Shown here: positions 57,850 through 64,000 of the stretch, piece by piece
How positions within the stretch are numbered: position 1 is the stretch's first letter
Layout of the letters: each line of letters opens with the position of its first letter
Assembly: GCA_965262485.1 (NCBI GenBank)
Contig: OZ253540.1
Location: 3,606,080-3,670,079, forward strand
Source: Dehalococcoidia bacterium
GTDB lineage: Bacteria; Chloroflexota; Dehalococcoidia; Lucifugimonadales; UBA3495
Length of the DNA stretch: 64,000 nucleotides
Reading direction: 5' to 3'
The notes under the pieces: model-generated
Seen by the model: only the letters and a program-made list of their open reading frames with translations
Database searches by the model: none
Told to the model about the DNA's origin: nothing
Made by a program: the position numbers and the translations under genes

Positions 57850-57904
57850 CCAACCTGGGTCTTACGGACACGGTAGATAGCGCAGAGGGCATAAGGGAGC
57901 TGAG

Positions 57905-59200
57905 ATGGTTAGTGACACGAGTTGGATGAGAAATCGGGAAGGGATGGGAATCTGGGAGCACCGCGGCAAGGTCGCCGTTGTCGGTTGGGGTCAGTCCCAT
58001 ATGGACCGGCGCTGGGACGGTGTGGCCCTGGACAGGAGCTGCGGCGGCTTGAGCAAGGAGGCATGCCTGAAGGCAATTGCAGACGCGGGCCTGTCGCTGG
58101 ACGACATTGATGGGCTTATCACCAGCCCGGAGACCCGTGCGGAGCAGACCTGGGCGCCTCGCCCTTATTTTGACCCGCCCTACGACACCGAAGACGGCCT
58201 GACCTATGCTTCCGCGGAGTGGATGCAGAGGGAATTGGGGTTGAAGAACGTAAAGCATCTCAAATCCGATGCACCTTACATCGGCCCGATGATGGGCCAG
58301 GCCGCTCAGGCGGTCGGTGACGGTTTATGCGAGACCGCCCTGGTATGGTACCCGATGGTTAACCTGGAAGGCCGGTACGGGCACAACAATCCACAGAATA
58401 TCAATCAGGAGGCCCCCGGCAATAGCGCCTTTTCTCTGCCGTGGGGTTATCAGAGTGGCGCCATGTTCAACAATCTGGTGATATTCCTGCAGTACTGCAA
58501 AAAATACGGCAAGTCCCACGACGGGCTGGCCCCGCTCTGTTTGAACTTGCGCAGAAACGGCCTGATGACCCCCTGGGGGTACTACGCTCTGCACGAGCCT
58601 TATCAGCTCACCCTTGAGGACTACTTGACCGGGCGCGTGATCGAGGAACCGCTGGTGATATATGATTGTGACCGGCCAGTCAATACCTGCGCGGCCTTCA
58701 TCTTCACCACCGCTGAGCGTGCCAAGGACCTGAGGCAAAAGCCGGTCTACGTCCTTAACCATGCCCAGAACAATGGCCGGGGCAGGAGCACCATGGCAAC
58801 TCTGGAGGAGCATCAGGAGGCGGTCGCCAGCCTGGCGCGGAAGATGTGGGAGGGCTCCGGGTTGGGTCCTGAGGATGTTGATATATTCAACCCGTACGAC
58901 GGCTACCTCACGTTCACGCAGCAATTCCTGGAGGGCTTCCAGTGGCACGGTGTCAAGCTGGGAGAGGCCCACGACTTCTACGCCGACGACATCAGGGTCG
59001 AAGGTCCGCATCCCTTCCTTTCAAGTGGCGGAAATAACGGAACGGGGCGCAACCGCGCCGTCCTCTACGCTGATAGCATTCAGCAGCTTCGGGGGACAGC
59101 GGGTGCACGGCAGGTGACGGTGCGGGCCGAAACTGCCCTGGCGGGCTGCAATACACCCGACAGTAACGGCTTCATCATGCTCAGCAAGCATCCGAGCTAG
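57905..59200 (+). CDS. thiolase-like (SCP-x/lipid-transfer type) protein
   Basis: It shows the usual pairing with DUF35. 'VAVVGWGQS...EACLKAIADAGLSLDDIDGLI' and C-terminal 'GGNNGTGR'. Confidence 0.7.
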   Translation: MVSDTSWMRNREGMGIWEHRGKVAVVGWGQSHMDRRWDGVALDRSCGGLSKEACLKAIADAGLSLDDIDGLITSPETRAEQTWAPRPYFDPPYDTEDGLTYASAEWMQRELGLKNVKHLKSDAPYIGPMMGQAAQAVGDGLCETALVWYPMVNLEGRYGHNNPQNINQEAPGNSAFSLPWGYQSGAMFNNLVIFLQYCKKYGKSHDGLAPLCLNLRRNGLMTPWGYYALHEPYQLTLEDYLTGRVIEEPLVIYDCDRPVNTCAAFIFTTAERAKDLRQKPVYVLNHAQNNGRGRSTMATLEEHQEAVASLARKMWEGSGLGPEDVDIFNPYDGYLTFTQQFLEGFQWHGVKLGEAHDFYADDIRVEGPHPFLSSGGNNGTGRNRAVLYADSIQQLRGTAGARQVTVRAETALAGCNTPDSNGFIMLSKHPS

Positions 59201-60384
59201 AATGCAGCGCCCTCAAACCCCAGAAGCTCAACGCCCAACCCGTTCCCTTTAGCCTGGGCAAGCACCTTGAAGTCGCCATACTCGTTCGAGTCCACCAGGG
59301 TCATCATGGCCATACGGCTCAGTGCCGTTCGGGCTGCGGACAGGCCTTGCGTTTGGAGGGCATCGAGGAACGAGAAGAAGCCAAGGTTCGTCAGGAACTG
59401 GCTCTGTAAGGCGTAGCCCACGGTGGCTAGACCGTGCCTGGCACCAATCCGCATGAGGGACGTGAAGTCCACCTGGCAGGTAATGTCCTGTTGCCCGATG
59501 TGCTGGTACGGGTCGCTGCTGACGACGTGTCGGTTGTAACAGACCAGCGTACCCCGGGCATTCTGGGGCGAGTAGAGGTCAGTGGCCGGTTGACCGTAGT
59601 CGATAGTGAGAATAAACCCGCGGTCCAGGGCTCTGAAAAGCTGGCCAGTCCAGTCCTCCATGGCCAAGTTCACCTCACCTCGATACCCTTCAGTCAAGGA
59701 CAAGCCCAAGCTGGTCAGCCTCTTTTCGATGCGAGGTGAGGATGGCTCTTCCAGGACTTCGGTGAGATTCTCCCCCGCCGACGTGACGAAGACTTCCTTG
59801 ACTCTTCCACCTTGGATGGCGAACCGGTGGACCGGGAAGTTGTCGATTAACTCGTTACACAGGATACAACCAATAACATTTCGGAACGCCCGAAGTCCTT
59901 CGGTTTTAACTCGTTGGATTCCGAAGATCGTGTCTTTCCCGCTTGAGGATATCCGATCTCCAGTCCCGGCGGCCCAGTCAAAGGTGCGGTCAGGTGGTTG
60001 GAGCCATCCAGGCTCGTAGTCTGCGGCGACATAGTAAAGCGCCTGAGCGAACCGGGTGGCCATCTGCCGGCAGGCATCCACGATGGATTGAGCCAAGACG
60101 CCGTCGCCGGAACCCACCTCAATCACATGGAAAACGGGAGGGTCTCCGAGGAGGTGCCACATCTGCTCCAGTTGCCGTGCGATCAGGGCGCCGAAAACCG
60201 GGTGACTGGTGGAAGAGGTACCGAAGTGGGCGCTGATCCTATTGCCCCGGGCAGAATAAAAGCCTCCATTGCGCGAGTACAGGCAGGCTTGCATGAACCG
60301 AGCGAATGTAATTCGCCCATTCTTTTGGATTAGATCTCTGATCTCCTGGTCAACCGCTGAGCGCAACGTCATCTCCCAGAACAA
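59197..60384 (-). CDS. SAM-dependent methyltransferase, MidA/NDUFAF7 (DUF185) family
   Basis: 'ITFARFMQACLYSRNGGFYS' and 'VIEVGSGDGVLAQ'. Confidence 0.75.
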   Translation of the reverse strand: MFWEMTLRSAVDQEIRDLIQKNGRITFARFMQACLYSRNGGFYSARGNRISAHFGTSSTSHPVFGALIARQLEQMWHLLGDPPVFHVIEVGSGDGVLAQSIVDACRQMATRFAQALYYVAADYEPGWLQPPDRTFDWAAGTGDRISSSGKDTIFGIQRVKTEGLRAFRNVIGCILCNELIDNFPVHRFAIQGGRVKEVFVTSAGENLTEVLEEPSSPRIEKRLTSLGLSLTEGYRGEVNLAMEDWTGQLFRALDRGFILTIDYGQPATDLYSPQNARGTLVCYNRHVVSSDPYQHIGQQDITCQVDFTSLMRIGARHGLATVGYALQSQFLTNLGFFSFLDALQTQGLSAARTALSRMAMMTLVDSNEYGDFKVLAQAKGNGLGVELLGFEGAAF

Positions 60385-60456
60385 CTAAGATTACCTGGAT
60401 TCTTAAGCAAGCTTATCAATGACAACTGCGTTTGGGCAGTCCATCCGATTATGACA

Positions 60457-60570
60457 TCATTCGTGTATGGCGGAGTAGCCCAGGGCCTGGGCGAGGAAGC
60501 TCTTGCCGACGCCAGCGGGGCCTAGCTGGAGCCGTTTGAGCAGAGGGGTGAGTTCGGTAACGCGGGTCAT
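60457..60570 (-). pseudogene. IstB-like/AAA ATPase fragment
   Basis: A 37-codon ORF 'MTRVTELTPLLKRLQLGPAGVGKSFLAQALGYSAIHE' holds only the Walker A region. Confidence 0.35.
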
Positions 60571-60817
60571 GAGTAATCCCCTCAGGCCGATTGCCGGCGG
60601 CATGCGGTGTAAGCGAAGGCGCTACTGGGACGGGCGAAGCGACCTGACCCGGCGGCAGGGGCAGTTGCCCCAAGCCGATAGTTCTCTCCGGTGGGTGTCC
60701 GTACGCCACCCGGTTTCTGTTACACCACGTTCAGGGACTATACTACGGCTGGAGAAGGTCTGACCCGAACCTGTGCCAGACTGAAGAAACAAAAATCCTT
60801 AACTCGGAGGGCCAAAA

Positions 60818-62578
60818 ATGCCAGTCAAAGGCACCACGCTAACCAGTCTTCGTCCATTGATGCAGTCTGTCAACGGAATGGTTGCAGCCAGCCACCCCAG
60901 CGCCGCCATGGCCGGTTTGGAAGTCCTGAAAAACGGCGGCAACGCGATTGACGCTGGAGTGGCCGTTGGCCTGGCGTTGAACGTGGTGCATGTCGATGAT
61001 TGCAGCTTCCTGGGCGTAGCGCCCACGGTGATATACCTGGCGGACCGGAAAGAAGTTACCACCATTGACGGGCTCGGGGTCTGGCCCAGGGCCGCGTCGG
61101 TCGAGTACTTCCAAAAACACCACGGCGGAAAGATTCCCGTCGGCGTACTTTCGTCCTTGACGCCGGCCGCCGCCGATTCGTGGCTGACGTCTCTATCCAA
61201 GTTTGGCACGATGACCTTCGGACAGGTGGCGACCGCGGCCATCGACCTGGCTGGAAACGGTTTCCCCATGTTCCGTTACCTGGCCGGCCGGTTCAAGACC
61301 GCCTTTGACCAGTACAACGCCCACCCGTCAACCGCCGAGATTTACCTGCCCGGTGGGCGCGCCCCCAAACAGGGGGAGCTGTTCTATCAAAAGGACCTGG
61401 CTGCCACCTTGCTCAAAATCGCGGACGTGGAGGCTTCCAACGCCGGGAAAGGCCGGGAGGCCGCGCTGAAGGCGGCCAGAGACTACATCTACACCGGCGA
61501 ACTGGGCCGCAAGATTGCCGCATACAACCGGGAGATGGGGGGACTCCTCACCGAGGAAGACCTGGCCCGGTATCATGTCCAGGTGGGTCCGCCCGTGACG
61601 GTAAATTACAAGGGCTACGACGTTTACAGCACCGGGCCGTGGGGCCAGGGACCAACGTTCCCCCAAGCCCTCAAGATTCTGGAAGGGTATGATCTGGCGT
61701 CCATGGGCCACAATTCCGCCGAGTACATCCATACGGTGAGCCAGGCCTTGAATTTGGCCTTTGCCGACCGGGAGCAGTACGTGGGGGACCCGGATTTCGT
61801 GGACGTGCCCATCAATGAAATGCTGGCGGAGGAATACCTGATCAAGCGTCGCTCTCTAATTGACCCGGGCGTGGCCTGGCCAGGCACGCCCCCAGCGGGA
61901 GACCCACGAAACGGTAGGGCGACCATCGACGGCGCCCCGCAGTCTCCCAGAGAGGCGGCAGTCCCGGTTGGCACAGCCGGAGTCAGTGGTGGCGGAACTT
62001 CTTATTTCGCCGTGATCGACCGGGATGGGAACATCTTCTCCTGCACCCCCAGCGAGGGCACCAAGAATGGTGGGCCCATAATTCAGGGCACCGGCCTGGC
62101 GTTCTCATTGCGCGGCTCTCAGTCCAAGTTGACCGAAGGCCATCCGGCATCGGTCGCCGGGGGCAAGCGGCCCAGGCTCACTCCCGCGCCTGCCCTGGTG
62201 TTGCGCGACGGCGAGCCCGTGATGGCCCTTGGGGCTCACGGCGGCGACCATATTCCGCAAGGCACTCTGCAACTGCTGTTGAACGTCCTGGAATTTGGCC
62301 GCGACCCTCAGGAGGCCGTGGAGGAACCCCGTTTCTACAGCTATAACTTCCCCAGTTCCAACTGGGCGTCAAGATATGAACCGGGGATGCTGCGGTTGGA
62401 AGGCCGTATTTCCGATGAAGTGGCCGAGAAACTACGGCGGAAGGGCCACACGATAGAGCAGTATCCAGATTGGTGGGAGGGTTCGGCTTTATACTGCGTC
62501 ATTACTCGCAACCCGGAGACCAAGGTGCTGCAGGGGGGCGCAGACCCGCGGTGCGAGGCCTACGCCGTAGGTTTCTAG
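60818..62578 (+). CDS. ggt: gamma-glutamyltransferase
   Basis: 'GMVAASHPSAAMAGLEVLKNGGNAIDAGVA' and the autocleavage/nucleophile site 'GGGTSYFAVIDRDGN'. Confidence 0.85.
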   Translation: MPVKGTTLTSLRPLMQSVNGMVAASHPSAAMAGLEVLKNGGNAIDAGVAVGLALNVVHVDDCSFLGVAPTVIYLADRKEVTTIDGLGVWPRAASVEYFQKHHGGKIPVGVLSSLTPAAADSWLTSLSKFGTMTFGQVATAAIDLAGNGFPMFRYLAGRFKTAFDQYNAHPSTAEIYLPGGRAPKQGELFYQKDLAATLLKIADVEASNAGKGREAALKAARDYIYTGELGRKIAAYNREMGGLLTEEDLARYHVQVGPPVTVNYKGYDVYSTGPWGQGPTFPQALKILEGYDLASMGHNSAEYIHTVSQALNLAFADREQYVGDPDFVDVPINEMLAEEYLIKRRSLIDPGVAWPGTPPAGDPRNGRATIDGAPQSPREAAVPVGTAGVSGGGTSYFAVIDRDGNIFSCTPSEGTKNGGPIIQGTGLAFSLRGSQSKLTEGHPASVAGGKRPRLTPAPALVLRDGEPVMALGAHGGDHIPQGTLQLLLNVLEFGRDPQEAVEEPRFYSYNFPSSNWASRYEPGMLRLEGRISDEVAEKLRRKGHTIEQYPDWWEGSALYCVITRNPETKVLQGGADPRCEAYAVGF

Positions 62579-62795
62579 CCCCGGCGCAAACACTGTCGAT
62601 CTTCCGGAGGTTAATAGATCCCTGACTTGGGCGACCTGTTGGACCAAGTTGATCACATACGCGACGAGATTGCCGCGTTGGAGCGGGACATGGGCCACAT
62701 TCCCACGGTTAACGGCAGGTCTTTCGATTATTTGAACGGCCGCGGCTGCCGGGCTGATCGGTGGCCAGCGGTCGCATTTTGATTACACTTGGGCC

Positions 62796-62995
62796 TTACG
62801 CTGACGCAGGCAGGGCAATCCGTTTGCGCTCGAGGTCTAATTCAAGCACCGTTACCCACACCCGCTGTTGCACTTTAACAACATCCGAGGGGATTACTGA
62901 CGAACCCATCAGCCAGCTGGCTGATGTGCACCAGCCCGTCCTGGTGTACGCCAACATCGACAAAGGCACTGTCCCGCGTCAAGCATTCTTGCCGG
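62796..62995 (-). pseudogene. Tex-like S1 RNA-binding domain, 3' fragment with a frameshift
   Basis: The minus strand reads '[27 protein letters not shown]' then, after one extra C, '[26 protein letters not shown]'. The rest of the gene is absent. Confidence 0.45.
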
Positions 62996-63030
62996 TTCCT
63001 GTTGCCTCATCGAGAAATGTTACCGAAAAA

Positions 63031-63611
63031 TCAGCACTTGGGATCATCCGCCGTCAGCGCTATTTCCGGCATTCCATCGTGGTCCGGCAACGTTGCTTCG
63101 GACGTGGCATAGACCAGCTTGTCGGCCATGATGCCTCGCCACTGCTGCACCCTCCGTTGCAACGTACCCAGGTGCGCCCGGCTGAATCGATCCGGTCCTT
63201 CCGCGTTCGCCAACTCCGTGGCGCTCTCGCCCTCGGTTCACGGTCGGCGTGCTCTTGCTCCTCACGCCACCGATCGGTCAGCCTGGCCAGAAAGCGTTCC
63301 AGGCTCTCGCCCCGAGGCGTGGGCCTGAGTTCATGCGACACAAACGCCGCCAGCGCCGACCGGGCTTCCCTGATCGCGTGCAGCAACGCCACTGGGTCCA
63401 ATGCGGCTCGGCGTTCACTGAGCGCTGCTTTCGTCCAGGCGCTAACCGCCTCGTGGCGCCTCACCCGGTCGCAGGGCGTGGCCGGTGGACTGTAGCGCTT
63501 CATCACCGCTGAGCCGCTGCGGGTTTTATCCAAGAGCTTGAATGACGGCTGGAAGTAGTTCACGTACCGCCGCATCACTCCGTGCAGGTGGGCTATGGTC
63601 TGTCCCGCCAC
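63031..63611 (-). pseudogene. DDE integrase/transposase C-terminal remnant, frameshifted
   Basis: 'VNYFQPSFKLLDKTRSGSAVMKRYSPPATPCDRV' (ORF 63060..63611) and 'GTLQRRVQQWRG' (ORF 63031..63213) lie in different frames. The catalytic core is absent. Confidence 0.5.
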
Positions 63612-63645
63612 CTGGCCAGAGTAACGGAAGCCAGCTTGTTCCTAA

Positions 63646-63855
63646 TCACGGGGTGAGCGTACTGGTCCATTGGGCGGCGTGTTTCGCGTTCGACCAACTC
63701 GAGCGGCGCATTTCAACCACGATTTCCGCCGCTTCAGCGAACGTCGGCGTGGGTGGTCGCTGGCAACCGGCTCCCGGCCTGGGGATGAGGTGCGCGTGCT
63801 GGTGGTGGACGACGACCCTCCAGGCGCTCCGGCACCTCCCAGACCCCCTCACCAA
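63646..63855 (-). pseudogene. P4-type tyrosine integrase N-terminal fragment
   Basis: 'PTFAEAAEIVVEMRRSSWSNAKHAAQWTSTL' resembles the arm-binding/SAM-like region of P4-family integrases. Confidence 0.4.
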
Positions 63856-64000
63856 GGCGGGCTACACGCGGGTGGTGACCGGCGACCCGGAGGAGGCGCT
63901 TCGTCTAATGGCGGCGGAGAACCCCCAGTTGGCGCTGCTGGACCTGATGCTGCTCGGCGCCGACGGTATCGAGCTGATGCCGGGCAGCCTTGGCATAGCC
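63785..64000 (+). CDS. response-regulator receiver domain (partial, runs off the window; possible frameshift at the N-terminus)
   Basis: '...AGYTRVVTGDPEEALRLMAAENPQLALLDLMLLGADGIELM'. The expected 'VRVLVVDDDP' is in a different frame (GTG 63790). Confidence 0.5.
   Translation, partial: MRCACWWWTTTLQALRHLPDPLTKAGYTRVVTGDPEEALRLMAAENPQLALLDLMLLGADGIELMPGSLGIA

Noticed and set aside
1-64000. CRISPR arrays, rRNA genes, prophage structural modules, retron/DGR reverse transcriptases
   Set aside because: No regularly spaced direct repeats, no rRNA-like sequence, no capsid/tail/terminase-like ORFs and no RT motifs were seen on either strand.

Overview
High-GC (about 60-65% by spot counts) bacterial chromosome segment. 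Gene content and ATCCTGT-heptamer/MITE-type intergenic repeats weakly suggest Chloroflexota. The window has three parts. (1) 1-27.2 kb is a heavily decayed mobile/defence 'junkyard'. It holds an MBL-fold gene translationally coupled to an E2-E1-JAB (Cap2/Cap3-like) fusion that carries an in-frame TGA, an in-frame TAG and a frameshift. It also holds a patatin fragment, a second MBL gene, an ISAs1-family IS with a nested IS5-family IS, and a second inverted IS5 copy 14.5 kb away. Between the two IS5 copies lie a probably 5'-truncated N6-adenine methyltransferase, a SIR2 gene that looks like a frameshift-split DSR2-like protein, a GmrSD-like DUF262/DUF1524 gene and many gene fragments. A third degenerate IS and an AIPR pseudogene follow. 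(2) 27.2-62.6 kb is mostly intact. It encodes three tandem Uma2 nucleases with gene-conversion tracts, chdC/hemQ, two paralogous surface proteins, an NHL protein and comB. It also carries a higBA cassette bracketed by 54-bp direct repeats, a very low-GC orphan gene convergent with a 1008-aa methyltransferase/nuclease-like gene, and a DinB-like pair. Further along are a CocE/NonD hydrolase, tRNA-Trp with a small islet, a double CoA-transferase, a peptide-type ABC importer without ATPases, DUF35/thiolase, MidA and GGT. (3) 62.6-64 kb is a second graveyard with Tex, transposase and integrase fragments and a partial response regulator. The best candidates for new biology are the cyclase-less MBL + E2-E1-JAB module, the SIR2/834-aa pair, the low-GC orphan + 1008-aa MTase pair, and MITEs that share termini and 10-bp target duplications with the resident ISAs1 element. 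All calls rest on motif reading by eye; no searches were run.
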